DNA of 64,000 nucleotides from Somniosus microcephalus (GCA_052327205.1 CM126204.1:270506001-270570000), one strand, 5' to 3'. Counted from the stretch's first letter, positions 1-12,285 are shown. Numbers and translations: made by a program. Notes: generated by a model from the letters alone, not told the origin.

Positions 1-790
1 AGCAACACCTTTTATTTGGAGGAAGTGAGTGGAGTCAAAGGAGAAGTTGTTGACCCCACTCATTTCCTCCAAATTAAAGCTGCCATCATCTTTTCTCATA
101 TTCTCCTTTTTAGTTCTTTTCATAATTATTCTTAGTCCTCAGATCCTCTGCTTCCATTTTAATCGGTTTCTAAACTTTATTTATGCATGGCATCCGAAAA
201 TGACTAGTATTTTCCTTTTTTAATGGAATATAGTTATTCTGTACCTTAAACATCACAATATTGCCCTATAGTCCTGTGTGCCAATTTCTTTTACCTCACC
301 TCAGCTAGCTCATCTTTCTAAAATCTGCCATAATCCAGTCTGGTGTTTTTGGTTTTTCACAGAATCACAGAAACCCCACAGTGCAGATAGAGGCCATTTC
401 GGCCCATCGAGCCTGCACCGACACATATCCCACCCGATCCCTGTATGACCTTTTCCCTTTCTAGTTGGATCTTAAACCTCATCATATTAGGGTCACTATG
501 GTGTTTACCTGCATTTAGATCATTCACCTGATCCATTTCATTACTCAAACCAGATTGAGCAAAGCCTCCAACCTTGTAGCATACTAACATGCTATTGAGC
601 AAGGAGTCCTGTGCACATTTTTAGGAATTCCATTCTCTTTTCTCTATTTACTGCGTCTCTGTACCAATCAATAAGTGGATAATTAAAATCTCCCAGAACA
701 TTAATTTTGTTGTTACCACTCCTTTCTCTAATCTGTGATGCCTGCAGTATCTTGTCCAGGGGGTTGGACAACGTCTATGCGAGTCTACAA
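1..790 (-). mobile_element. Degenerate CR1 LINE ORF2 fragment (endonuclease/linker region), interrupted at ~358-445 by a V-SINE 3' end
   Basis: Minus-strand ORF 357..602 contains SNEMDQVNDLNAGKHHSDPNMMRFKI, resembling the CR1 APE C-terminal motif (GEHLGNSDHNMIRF). Many stops and frameshifts. Confidence 0.6.
358..445 (-). mobile_element. 5'-truncated V-SINE (HE1-type) 3' tail
   Basis: Near-identical to 10550-10628 (cacagtgcagatagaggccatttcggcccatcgagcctgcaccgacacatatcccacccgatccc), the tail of the full V-SINE copy. Confidence 0.8.
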
Positions 791-809
791 CGTCCATATC
801 CGCTGATTA

Positions 810-1066
810 CATGCCTGTGGAGGTTGAATCCTATTCTTGTTTAAAATCCCTACATTTGCACTTTCCTGAGGTTAGCAGTAAGGAGCATAAAACTTAGCTG
901 ACCTTTTCATTCACACTCACTAGCCAAGGAGGCTAAGGCTAATTAATGTGTCAGCTGAGATTGTCTGACTCCGCACCGATCAAAAATTGAACCAGAAGCA
1001 TTCCTGGCTTGCTTAGCTCAGTACCATACCAAGTGGTGCACTCTAAATTAAGGCATCGGGAGAGCT
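810..1066 (-). mobile_element. LF-SINE-like tRNA-derived SINE (5' part)
   Basis: Reverse complement matches LF-SINE head motifs (gtggtactgagc...ccaggaa...ggttcaat...agtcagacaatctcagctg). Confidence 0.6.
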
Positions 1067-2584
1067 CTGCTCAATCTAAGTTTCACTACATACTCGAAAT
1101 CTTGGCCCTATTGAAATTCTGGAGGCAATGTTCAGCCCAATGAACAATGTATTGCAGCTGGGAACTTCTATAAATGTGGCACATGTACAAAGAAAATGAG
1201 TGTCTGCCAAAGTTACAGAAGTTTCTGACATTGCATGTGGCTCACAAACGTGGTAAATTCAATAGACACAAACTATAGTCAGATGTAAACTATTTATATT
1301 GCAGAACTGCTCCTGAAGTGTTTATATTGCAGGATGATTTCTACAGCGTATGCACCAGTTCTAAAATCACAGATATTGACTATTTTACTGGGATAAACTA
1401 AAACTGTGCCTATGGTAAATCTGAAATGAAACCAGAAAATGCTCTAAATATATAGCAGTTTAGATACCACCTAAAAGACAAAGCTGGATTAATGTTTGGA
1501 ATGGGGCCCTTCATCAAATTCTAGGGATTGATGCCTTCCCCCAGAGACTGGGAAAGGTCTGAACAGCAAGAATGCCTCATTAGTCTGTGGGGCAAATATC
1601 AGCACTTTGTGTGCTCAGGTCACTGACGGTAAAAACAAAAGGCTGCCTCTTGCAAGCCATTATGCAGCGTGAGGGCTGCTTCGCTTGCATTGCTAGTTGG
1701 CTGCTGATTTTGGATCTGCTGTTAATGATACTCTGGCAGTGCAAGCATGCTGTGAACCTGCAAATTCCAAGCTCTCTATTAAATCTGATTGTTGCTGGAG
1801 GGATCTGCTGTGTTAGAGGCTGCAGAGTGATGCACGCAACTCCAGTTACTCTTATGTCCCAAGACTGGAAGATATTTCTGTAAATAAAATCTCATGCTAA
1901 TCTTCCCCTAGTTAATAGTTTGCAGTACAGTCCCTGGGGTCACACCATGGCTTCTGGACATCTTGCTTCTAGTGGACATCCTGTTATGGTTTGAAGATTT
2001 ATGGTCTGTTGTGTAGTCTGAAACCTCTACATCTGGTTTAAGGAAAGCTGCAAGATTTTTGGTACATTTTTGTGGCTTGCTGATTAACGTTAAAACATAA
2101 AACCAAGGAATTTATTTTTGCTTCCAATTAGACTTGGTTTTGCCTTAGTGCAATCTGTTACTAAGAACTACTCACTGCTATGTATTTCTGTTGTCAAATT
2201 GCAGCCACTCAACTTGTCCATTGCAGTCTGTTCTGTATTTGTCCAATTCGTATTCAGAAATGTGCAATTGGCTTTATTTACAAAAGGTCTGTTGTATTAT
2301 GTATTAGAATTTTACTGTAGCCATGTATTTTTGAACAAGTAATTCTAAGATCTAGTGATGAAAAGAAGCCACTCCAGGCTGATCAGCATTTGATAGAAAA
2401 AGATCAGTTAATGTTTTGGGTCTGATCCTTTATCAGAATTCTGATTGAGTCCTACCCAAAATATTAACCATTTTTCTCTTTCAGATTCTAATTTGACCTG
2501 TTCCTTTCCAGTATTTAAGATCAAACTTCCATACAGCTATCCTCTTAATTTCATACCCTTGGATACTCTGTACAGGAAATATTC

Positions 2585-3062
2585 AGTATGATACTGAGGC
2601 TAAAAGGGTTAACTTGTGAGGACAGGTTGCATAGACTAGGCTTGTGTTCCCATGAACACAGGAGATTGAAGTGATCTAATTGAGATGTTTAAGATAAAGA
2701 GTTTGACAGGGTTGATGGTGAGAAACTATTTCCTCTGGTGGGGGAGGGGGGGGGGTGGGGGGAAGTCAATAACAAGGGGGCATAACCTTAAAATTAGAGC
2801 TAGGCTGTTCAGGGGTGATGTTAGAAAGCAATTCTTCACACACAGGGTAGTGAAAATCTGGAACATTCTCCCCCAAAAAGCTGTTGAGACTAGGTCAATT
2901 GAAAATGTCAAAACTGAGATTTATAGATTTTTGTTGAGCAAGAGTATTACGGGTTATGGAACCAGGAGTGGTAGATGGAGTTAAGCTACAGATCAGCCAT
3001 GGTCTAATTGAATGGCGGAATAGGCTTGAGGAGCTGAATGGCCTACTCCCTACATTCCTGTT
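2585..3062 (+). mobile_element. CR1 LINE 3' end
   Basis: ORF 2685..2984 reads TRGHNLKIRARLFRGDVRKQFFTHRVVKIWNILP, the CR1 ORF2 C-terminus. It is followed by the typical 3' UTR cagatcagccat...gaatggc...gaatggcctactcc. Confidence 0.9.
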
Positions 3063-3618
3063 CCAGTATGTGTGGGATGAATGCTTTAAATGGTAAAACC
3101 TACTCCAATAAACAATTCTGCATTTTTGTTCGGAATAGTATTCCACACTGCTACAGACAGCTGTCAATATAGTTGTATGTATTACAGCTCTATGTATTGC
3201 CTGTAACCAGTTTAGAGACATATCACTGAGTGTTGAAGTACAGTATTTGAGGGGCACTAGTTCATCCATGCCCTCTGGATCTAAATCCAGCCTAGACTGA
3301 CGGAATGGAAGGCTTTTTCTGTCTCCGGGTCCTGTGAAATCCAGTTTCCACTGGACAAAACTACATAATATTCGGAATAACTCCGAGATGGAGAATTCTC
3401 TTCTGTTGGGGTTCATGTAAATTGTTGGGAGACAGAATGCAGGAGGAGCATATTCCTCCAATCTTTGCTGTATTTGACCAAACTATTGGTGCTCCATTTC
3501 CCATCACTAACAGTCGCTTACCTTGATGAGCATAAAACGTTCACCAAAAATAAACTGAATAGTTCCTTTGGGAATGTAGGTAATGATGATTTGCAGGATC
3601 TTGATTGAATCCTGTATT

Positions 3619-4620
3619 AAATCAAATCAAATCAACTTTTATTGTCATTGTTAGTGCACAAGTGCAGTACAACGAAATGTAGGCTTGCGGCTCCCGAGAG
3701 TGTACAATTTGGATTAGGACACTTAAACATTCAACATACATTTATACATTTGGCTTGCAGTATATTAGCATAAATATGACCATAATAAAGTGCATTGGCA
3801 GATGTGCAGGCTTTAGTGTTTATTTGTGGAGTTCAGTAGGATGACAGCCCTGGGAAAGAAGCTGTTCCTAAATCTGGTCGTACGGGTGCGAATGCATCTG
3901 TAGCGTCTCCCAGATGGTAGGAGGGTGAACAGACTGTGGCTGGGGTGGGTAGGGTCTTTGATGATGGACCGTGCCCTCCGTAGGCAGTGTTTCTGATATA
4001 TATGCTCTATGGTCAGTAGCCGGGTGCCGGTAATGCGTTGGGCAGTTTTGACTACCCGCTGCAGGGCTTTCCGGTCATGGGAGCTACAGCTGCCATACCA
4101 TACCATGATACAGTTTGTCCGGATGCTCTCTATAGTGCAGCGGTAGAAGTTAGAGAGGATCAGGGGTGACAGATTACATCCCTTCAGCCTCCTCAAGAAA
4201 TATAGGCGCTGCTGGGCCTTCTTCACCAGAGAGGTGTTGAGGGACCAGGAGAGGTCTTCCGTGATGTGGACTCCGAGGATCTTAAAGCTGGCCACCCTTT
4301 CCACCTCCGCCCCATTGATGTGGATGGGGGTGTGACTTCCGCCTTTGGACTTCCTGAAGTCCACGATTATTTCCTTTGTTTTCTTGGTGTTAAGGGCCAG
4401 GTTGTTGTCGGCGCACCACTTCACGAGATGCTGGACCTCCTCCCTGTAGGCTGACTCATCGTTGTTGGTGATCTGGCCTACTACCGTGGTGTCATCTGCA
4501 AACTTGATGATGGTGTTGGAACCATTAACAGCCACGCAGTCGTGGGTGAAGAGGGAGTAGAGGAGGGGGCTCAGCACACATCCTTGTGGGGCCCCCGTGT
4601 TCAGGGTCAGGGGGGGGGAC
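3619..4620 (-). mobile_element. 5'-truncated Rex1/Babar-clade LINE (RT C-terminal half, open frame)
   Basis: Frame reads TGAPQGCVLSPLLYSLFTHDC...IIKFADDTTVVGQI...KTKEIIVDFRK...KKAQQRLYFLRRLK...RTRTTRFRNSFFP. The 3' tail is aataaaag plus (TTTGA)3 at 3619-3635. Confidence 0.9.
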
Positions 4621-5076
4621 TTAAGTCTGTTTCACAAGGGCTTCAATCAAGAGTTGCAGTAAAACATTTTCAGTGAATTTTACTCCCTGCAAAAATGACT
4701 GACTACTTTTTTTTAATAATCCTTTGTATCCTTGCATAAATATAGTGATCCGTTGTTCTAGGAAAACTTCCTGTAGTTTTAATACTAATTTTGGATGAAC
4801 GGCACTGAAGGCATTTGTTTACACAATTCAATATTCCGAGTTCACTTTCAATGTGTAACATCTTACCTTTCCTGATGATGCAGACTCAATGTTGGGTCAG
4901 TTTCAAAAGGCTACACTTCGGTCAAGAGCCTAGATGGTGTCAATAAGCAATTCAACTATGCTGAGGCTGATCCTGCCTTCACCCAAAGTCCACATGTGCA
5001 CACTTATGTGGGAATCGCTGCGAAATAATCCAAGATCAAGAATCCTGACTCCCATTCCTCCCCCCCCCCCCCCCAG

Positions 5077-5787
5077 CCAGAAACAATTTGCGGTGGGTAA
5101 TGAAGACGAACTGTCAGCGTTCGCTGTCATTACAACTCTGAAACTGACATAACTTCAGGATTTAGCACATGCACATCTAAATGCAGAAATCCTGAAGTTC
5201 CAGTCAGTTATTCATTGCTCTGACACTGCCTGAGCTGTGTCTCTCCCCTTCTCTTCCCCCCGCGCCCCCCCCCCCATAGCTGTCAATCAATGTAATCAGT
5301 GAAACTGGCAAACTTGGTCTTTTCCACGGTAATATTGCTGTTAAATACCTCATTAAATGCTAAGCCTTGTTGGAATAGTTTTGACTGGTAAATAAACATA
5401 TTTACCGGTCTGGAAAACAAACTTTTGTGCAGTGTCAAATATGATAATTACAATTTTTTTAAACTTAAATTTTTTTTTAACATTTGTTCATATTTCAGTT
5501 TCTACCTTATCCCCATATGAAAGTCCCAATCTTTATTTCGCTCTCTAACATTTAAATTTTTTTTTGGATAAAAACAGCTTCTGGTTTCCTGTTTGAGAAT
5601 TCTTCAATGTGATTGGCTGCTTAGACAGCTTGTTGTCGTCACTGCAGCATTGCCATAGGAATCCCCTATTCACAGCACTTCAATCAACTGAATGCTGAAA
5701 AAGGCAAACTTCTCGCCAGAGATCGAGATCTGTGGGCAGCTTTCTTTGGGGCAAGCACCTTTGCTGCTGACCGCAAATTATGGGCTA
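5077..5787. mobile_element. Putative non-autonomous DNA transposon (MITE-like, possibly PIF/Harbinger) inserted in an LF-SINE-like copy
   Basis: Inverted subterminal motif aatttgcggt (5085-5094) / accgcaaatt (5770-5779), and an internal 13-bp hairpin (5151-5163 / 5187-5199). LF-SINE-like sequence appears to resume on both sides. Confidence 0.45.
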
Positions 5788-5904
5788 TTGGCTACTGTCC
5801 TGCTTGAGAATCGCTAACCTGGCCTGACTAATCTATATGCCTCAATTTGATAGAGTTGAATTAATCAACTGTGCCCTCTGGGGAACCTTAAAGGGAAGAA
5901 ATTT

Positions 5905-6357
5905 CTATCATACCTTCCTTAGCTAATGAAGTACTTTCTGAGGTGTGGTCATTGTAGGCAAGCATGCAACCAAATTCCTACAAACAGCAATGCAAAATTA
6001 CTGGAAAATCTTTTTTTTAGTGGCCATGATTGAGGGATAAATATTGGCTAGAACACCAAGGAAACTCCCTGCTCACCATGGGATCTTTTACATCCACCTT
6101 GAGCAGGCAGACTGGGCCTCAGTTTAACATCTCAACTGAAAGATGGCGCCTCCAACAGTGCAGCGCTCCCTCCAACAGTGCAGCGGAGTGACGGTCTTGA
6201 TTATGTGCTCAAGTCTCTGGAATGGGGCTTCAACCCATGACCGTTCCAGTTTATTTTGCACTAGTACTTGGGTGAAGAATAACTGAATCCGTTCTAACAA
6301 AATGAACAACATCATTGATATTCTGACTCGAGGCCAGAGTGCTAAGCCAAGGCTCAC
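5905..6357 (-). mobile_element. SacSINE1-type DeuSINE (tRNA head, Deu domain), with a 78-bp foreign insertion at 6243-6320
   Basis: Aligns in reverse to the + copy at 12343-12770 (ggccaatatttatccctc, gatgttaaactgaggcc, ggttgaagccccattccagagacttgagcac). Confidence 0.8.
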
Positions 6358-6511
6358 TTTATTTATTTATTTAGATCACATGCTGAGAGGGCAGGCAGGT
6401 GAGATACTCTTGAGTCTTAACTCTACCTGGGAATAAACAAGACTATGAATTGCAGGAATGTTAAATTTCAGTGGATGTAATCTGTTCATGTTTTGACACA
6501 TTTATGTATAG

Positions 6512-6660
6512 GTGGCTATGATGGACAAGATTTCCTCAGTAGCGTGGAATGCTTTGATCCAGACACTGGCCAGTGGACAGAAGTGACGCAGATGACCTCG
6601 GGCAGGAGTGGCGTTGGCGTGGCTGTGACAATGGAACCGTGCAACTTGGCTCGGTGCTAA
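6512..6660 (+). CDS. KEAP1: KEAP1 (Kelch-like ECH-associated protein 1), terminal coding exon: sixth Kelch repeat and C-terminal region
   Basis: AG acceptor at 6510-6511, phase 1. Translation (G)[48 protein letters not shown] matches human KEAP1 [44 protein letters not shown]. Stop TAA at 6658-6660. Upstream exons lie outside the window. Confidence 0.96.
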
Positions 6661-7555
6661 TGTTCCTGATCTCCGCATCAACCTCCAATCTTAACAGTTC
6701 TCTTGGACTTTCCAGTGCGGGCGGTTACCTTTTAAAAGACTGCACCAGCACTGTACCGCAAATCCCAATTTCATCTATGCAGTCGGATCTCTTGCAGGTT
6801 TTTATTTTTTTTGCACTTGGTTTTTCTTGTAAATCAGAAGAAAATTTATACAAACTCCCTTAATTTGGCATTTAATAACTGATGAACATAAATTCTGAAT
6901 TGCACAACCAGTCCAATTAGAGTGCTTAATGAATACTTGTTAGATATTCACAGGTGGGTTTGTGTTGCAGGGCTTGTCTTGCTCACCAATCTGAAATCTA
7001 CAGTGTTTATCACCTATTCCCAAAGACAATTTCCATGTTCTAATGAGGATGGCATCTTGTAACAATATGCTAATTACCTAAATTAATTAACTTTGATATT
7101 TGTAATTACCCACTTCTTGAACAGCATGCACTAAATAACCGTAATAGATTGGCATATGGTAGTAAATTGGAGCCCAAGTCTGTCTGTGTTCCATGTGTGA
7201 GTGCAGAATCCAGGTCGGATTACATTAGCTGCACAGAGTTAGAGGAGGAGCAGGGGGATGGGCACTGGAACCAACATCCATTTGAAAGATTTTCTCATTT
7301 TGCTCACTACATCTGGTTTCTCTTGTGCTCTGTGTTGAGAAGAGGAAATGTGTAATTTAACTGCGACTGTTTGCCGGTGCCATACCAGTTTATTTTGCAC
7401 TAGTACTTGGGTAAAGATGTCCAAAAGAAATAATTGAATCCATTCTAACAAAATGAATGCCATTGACTTAATTTCTAAGACAGTATTTTTAATAAAATGT
7501 GTTCAATTTAATAAACATTGTATTTAATAAATACACTTATGGCCTTTTTATTTCA
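6661..7555 (+). other. KEAP1: KEAP1 3' UTR (approximate end)
   Basis: Non-repetitive AT-rich sequence between the stop codon and a cluster of polyadenylation signals. Confidence 0.7.
7491..7531 (+). terminator. Polyadenylation signal cluster (AATAAA x3)
   Basis: AATAAA at 7491, 7510 and 7526, followed by U-rich downstream sequence. Confidence 0.75.
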
Positions 7556-8074
7556 ATCAATCTTTCATAGCATGTAGTTTTTTTTCTGAACGTAATCAGA
7601 GTTGCTACTGTTTAAATTTTAATTTTGGATCAAATCATCTTTTGATATATTCCAAATCTAACTAAACATTGAAAATTATGGTGGTTTTCTACCTTGTAGC
7701 AATTTAACCTGTCAAATTGGGGGAGTAAGGTTGTTTTGATTACTTGATTGCCTTGTTACAGGATTTGGGTGAACTTCATCGAGCGTGCTGACTCTTATTT
7801 GCTGATTATACAACCCAGATTGATCTTTGTACCATAAACTTAGTTTACAAAGGTGAAAGGACATCCTGCTCTGCTAACCCTCTGCATGGCCCAATTCCCC
7901 CATGTTTTTTGTGAAATCTCTGGGCAGTGTACCGCTGACTGAGTGAGTGGAGAGATGACCTGCTCTCAGACTCTGCTGCCAATTTTCATTCTCAGATCAG
8001 CAGCTGATTACAGATGGGGATCAAACCTTTAGTTCTTCATTTCACTAAACAATTAAAAACTTGAAAATGATAAG

Positions 8075-8665
8075 AGCACAGAGACTTGAGGGTTGAGATA
8101 CACAGATCTTTTAAAAGTAGAAGGACAATTTGATAAAGTAATTTTTTTTTAAATGCATGTGGTTCTGGGTTTCATAAATAGGGCAAAGTACAAAAGCAGA
8201 GGTAACGCTAAGCCTACACACATTATTGGTTAGGCAGTTTTGGACATCCTAGGAGAAGATACAGAAGAGATTCACTAAGCTGATGACAAGGATGAGGGGC
8301 TTTAGTTATGAAGAGACCAGGGCACTTTTCATTAGTGTAGATAAGGCTCAGATGAGATCTGATGGGTGTTCAAAAATGTTGAGTTTTGATGAGGAAAATA
8401 GGAAGAAAAAAAAACTGCTTCTGCTGGTCAGTAAGTAGGTAACCGGAGGACACAAATTTAAGATAATCAAAAGAACAAAGGGAGAGGTTAGGTGATTTTT
8501 TTAATATGCATAGGGTTGTTAGGCTGTCGTGCTCTACCAGAAACAATGGTGGGAGTAGATTCCATTATAGTTTTTTTTTTTTTAAATGGCTAAATATTTG
8601 GAATAAAATAAAAGGGGATAGAGAGGAAATGGACTTTGAGAACTGGCCCAGGTGCACTGGGATGA
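8075..8665 (+). mobile_element. Old degenerate CR1 LINE 3' fragment
   Basis: Remnants such as agagacttgagggttgagatacacagatctttt, agaagagattcactaagctgatg and ggaggacacaaatttaagataat align with the younger CR1 at 9417-10960. Confidence 0.7.
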
Positions 8666-9416
8666 ATTGCTTCCTCCTATAAAATTCTATGATTTTTTTT
8701 CTCTCTACTCCACCTCCCTTCCCACTTACTTCCTGCTTATGACTGCAATTCCAGTTTTTGGTACAAAAATCAGAGGCCAATATAAAGTAGTGGTTTCCCC
8801 AGTCAAGATAGGTAATTACAACAACCCCATTTCTATTACTCACTCCCATTTTTGTCTTAATCTTTCCTTTCTCTTTATATTAAATACCATTGTGTCTGTT
8901 ACTTTCTGACTGTTCCCAGAAATTTCTTGGTTCACTGATATCTGCTAACTTTTCCTCCTCTGAAGGGGCTGTGATTTGCAGTTGCCTTATTGTAGCTCTG
9001 AATCACAGCAATATGAGCACTACAGTTGGCTACTGTGGCCTTTAGTCAGGGAGGGGGAGATCAGACAGACTACTTGCACTTGCTTGCAATCAAGTGATCA
9101 CTCCTGGAAATATGTGTCCAATGAGTCAAGTTATGATGCTCTTGCAGTCAAATAACTGTTTTCACTCACTATGAAGGAAAGGAAACACGTGAATAATGGC
9201 CACTATTGTGAGGGTACTGTAGGGTACCTGGCACCTATAGAACTATAACCTAGTAAAAAATGATTGCCTTTGGAAGAGGGGTAGGAATGTGGAACTATTG
9301 GAGAAAACTCCTAAAGCAATGGGATAGGCACAGGAATTGCCTTGAGTGTCACATTCTACATTATCCCATCAATTGAAAGGTGTATGGGCTAATTTGTGCT
9401 GCACACATCAGAAGCA

Positions 9417-10960
9417 CAAACCTGATTGAATTTTTTTGAAGAGGTGACTAAAGTAGTAGACAGGGGAATGTCTGGGGATATTATTTATATGGACTTCCAT
9501 AAGGCATTTGATAAAGTCTCACACAAGAGACTGTTAACTAAAGTAGAAGCCCACAGAATTGTAGGCAAATTATTGACCTGGTTAAGAAATTGGCTGAGCG
9601 GCAGGAGTCAGGCAGTAGGGATAATGGATAGGTACTCAAATTTGCAGGTGATTAGTGGAGTCCCGCAGGGATCTGTGTTGGGGCTTCAACTATTCACAGT
9701 ATTTATTAATGTCTTAGGTGATGGCATAGAAAGTCATATATCCAAATTTGCCAATGACAGATAGGTGGAATTGTAGGCAGAGTAGATGGAAGCATAAAAT
9801 TACAATGGGATATCGACAGATTAAGTGAATGGGCAAAATTGTGGCAAATGGATTTCAATGTATCCACTTTGGACCTAAAAAGGATAGAACCGGGTACGTA
9901 CTTTCTAAATGATGAGCTAAAAACAATGGTGGTCCAAAGAGACTTGGGGGTCCAGGTACATAGATCTTTAAAATATGAACAGGTACAGAAAATAATCAAA
10001 AAGGCTAATGGAATGCTGGCCTTTATATCTAGAGGACTGGAATACAAGTGGTTAGAAGTTCTACAGCAGCTGTACAAAACCCTGGTTAGACCTCACCTGG
10101 ACTACTGTGAGCAGTTCTGGCCAGCACACCTTGGGAAGGATATATTGGTCTTGGAGGGAGTGCAGCGTAGGTTTACCAGAATGATACCCGGACTTCAAGG
10201 GTTAAGTTATGAGGCGAGATTACACAAATTAGGGCTGTGGTCCCTAAAATTTAGAAGGTTAAGGGGTGATCTGATCAAAGTTTTCAAGATATTAAGGGAA
10301 ACGGATAGGGTAGATAGAGAGAAACTATTTCTGCTGGTTGGGGATTCTAGGGCCAGGCGGCTTAGTCTAAAAATTAGAACCAGACCTTTCAGGAATGAAA
10401 TTAGGAAACCCTTCTACACACAAAGGGTGATAGAAGTTTGGAACTCTCCTCTGCAAACGGCAATTGATGCTAGATCAATTAATTTTAAATCTGAGATAGA
10501 TAGCTTTCTGTTAACCATAGATATTAAGGGATATGGGCCAAAGGCAGGTCACAGAATCACCACAGTGCAGATAGAGGCCATTTCGGCCCATCGAGCCTGC
10601 ACCGACACATATCCCACCCGATCCCCGTAACCCCTACACCAACACATATCCCACCCTATCCCCGTAACCCCACGTATTTAATCCCCCTAACACTAAGGGT
10701 CAATTTATCATAGCCAATCAACCTAACCCGCACATCTTTGGACTGTGGGAGGAAACCCACGCAAACACGGGGAGAATGTGCAAACTCCACACAGACAGTC
10801 GCCCGAGGCCGGATTCGAACCCGGGTCCCTGGCGCTGTGAGGCAACAGTGCTAACCACTATACCACCGTGCTGCTGGTATATGGAGTTAGGTCACAGATT
10901 AGCCATGATCGCATTGAATGACTGAGCAGGCTTGAGGGGCCTACTCCTGTTCCAATGTTC
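9417..10960 (+). mobile_element. 5'-truncated CR1 LINE (RT domain to 3' UTR), frameshifted, with nested V-SINE
   Basis: Motifs DFHKAFDKVSH, SGVPQGSVLG, SKFAND, LVRPHLDYCEQFW and QRVIEVWNS. The CR1 3' UTR resumes at 10876. Confidence 0.93.
10550..10874 (-). mobile_element. Full-length V-SINE (HE1-type shark SINE)
   Basis: Reverse complement has a tRNA head (gcagcacggtggtatagtggttagcactgttgcctcacagcgccagggacccgggttcgaatcc), the V domain (gtggagtttgcacattctccccgtg) and a CR1/HER1-derived tail. Confidence 0.92.
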
Positions 10961-11900
10961 CTAGAAGACTCTTGTTAAATGAAACCAGATCTATTGTATA
11001 AACAGTAACTATCTGATCAAAGTAAACCCAAGCTGAGTTGCTGCTTTTTAAACAAGATGCATTCTTTTTGCATTTTGTGTGTTTTTCTTGAACTAGAATC
11101 TGTTTCCAGCCCTTTGCTGCTCTTAAGCTGTCCGAGAACATTTTGTTATGACCTGCTCTTCAATGTTATGACCTATTCCCGATGGAGGGAATGTGAATAC
11201 CTGCCCTGCTAGCACAGCTGAAATTGAGAGTTACTATGTGGGGAACGGTGGGATAATTTACAGCATACCATTCCAGCACTGGAGCACCCACTTCTCCTGA
11301 ATATATTTATAACCACACAACACAGTAATGATGGGAATTCAGGATTCAAAGTTTTGAGCAGTTTTGTCAGTGTGATGATCCAAGTGAGGTTAAACTGATG
11401 AAAACCTTCAGTGGCCACATTCCAAGGTTTTTTTTAAACTTGCATGTTGTCTTCTACTGATTTTTCTACAATTACAGATGATAAAATTACAGTCTAACAG
11501 ATTCAAAGTTACAAGAGCCCCCATAACTCTTCAATCTAAAGAACAAGGGTTTCCAGAATTCATCCCTGGGTAGCTGTTGCAGCATTTTAATATACTGGGC
11601 TATGGAGTAAGAGAACCGGGTTTAAGTCTCTGCCTCTTTAACATCTGAGCACAAAACTCACACTCAGCCGGGCAGCTCCTGGCTCAAAAGATGAGATTTT
11701 GGCCCTGTAGTGAGAGCAGGACCAAAAGCCATGGCACCTATGTCGGTTGTTCAGATTATCCTGCTTTTGACTAGGTCACAACAACTGAGGTTAAAGAAAA
11801 ATGAATTGTAACAAATCATACTTCTGCCATTTAACTTCTAACATGCTCCAAAAGCTGAAACTTTTAAAACAAAAAACAAAACTGGTAATCCTGAAACATT

Positions 11901-12285
11901 AGAAAGAACTTGCATCTATATAGCACCATTTAAGTCTATAGGACAGCTCAAGGTACTTCAGACCCAATGAACTATTAGTGAAGTGTAGTCACACAAGATT
12001 CTACAAACCGCAATGAGATAAGTGACCTGTTAGTTGAGGGATAAATATTGGCCAGGACACCAGTGAAAACCCTGTGTGCTTAATCAAATAGTGCCATGGA
12101 ATCATTTACATCCTCCTGAACAGGTAGCCAAGGCCTTGGTTTAACATCTCATCTGAAAGATTGCAGCTCTCCCTTAGTACTATAACTGAAAAGTCAGTCT
12201 AGATTATATGCTCGGGTCTTGGAGTGGGGCTTGAACCGATGACCTTATAATTCAGAGGTAAGATTGCTACCACTGAGCAAAACCA
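11901..12285 (-). mobile_element. SacSINE1-type DeuSINE
   Basis: Reverse-complement copy of the element at 12343-12770, with the L2-like tail starting agaaagaacttgcatctatatagcacc. Confidence 0.8.

Noticed and set aside
6573-6863. 96-aa ORF overlapping the KEAP1 exon in another frame
   Set aside because: Non-ATG start and no recognisable homology. The Kelch frame explains the sequence.
10800-10874. tRNA-like sequences (also at 12343, 15712 and others)
   Set aside because: These are SINE heads continuous with V-SINE, DeuSINE or LF-SINE bodies, not complete tRNA genes.
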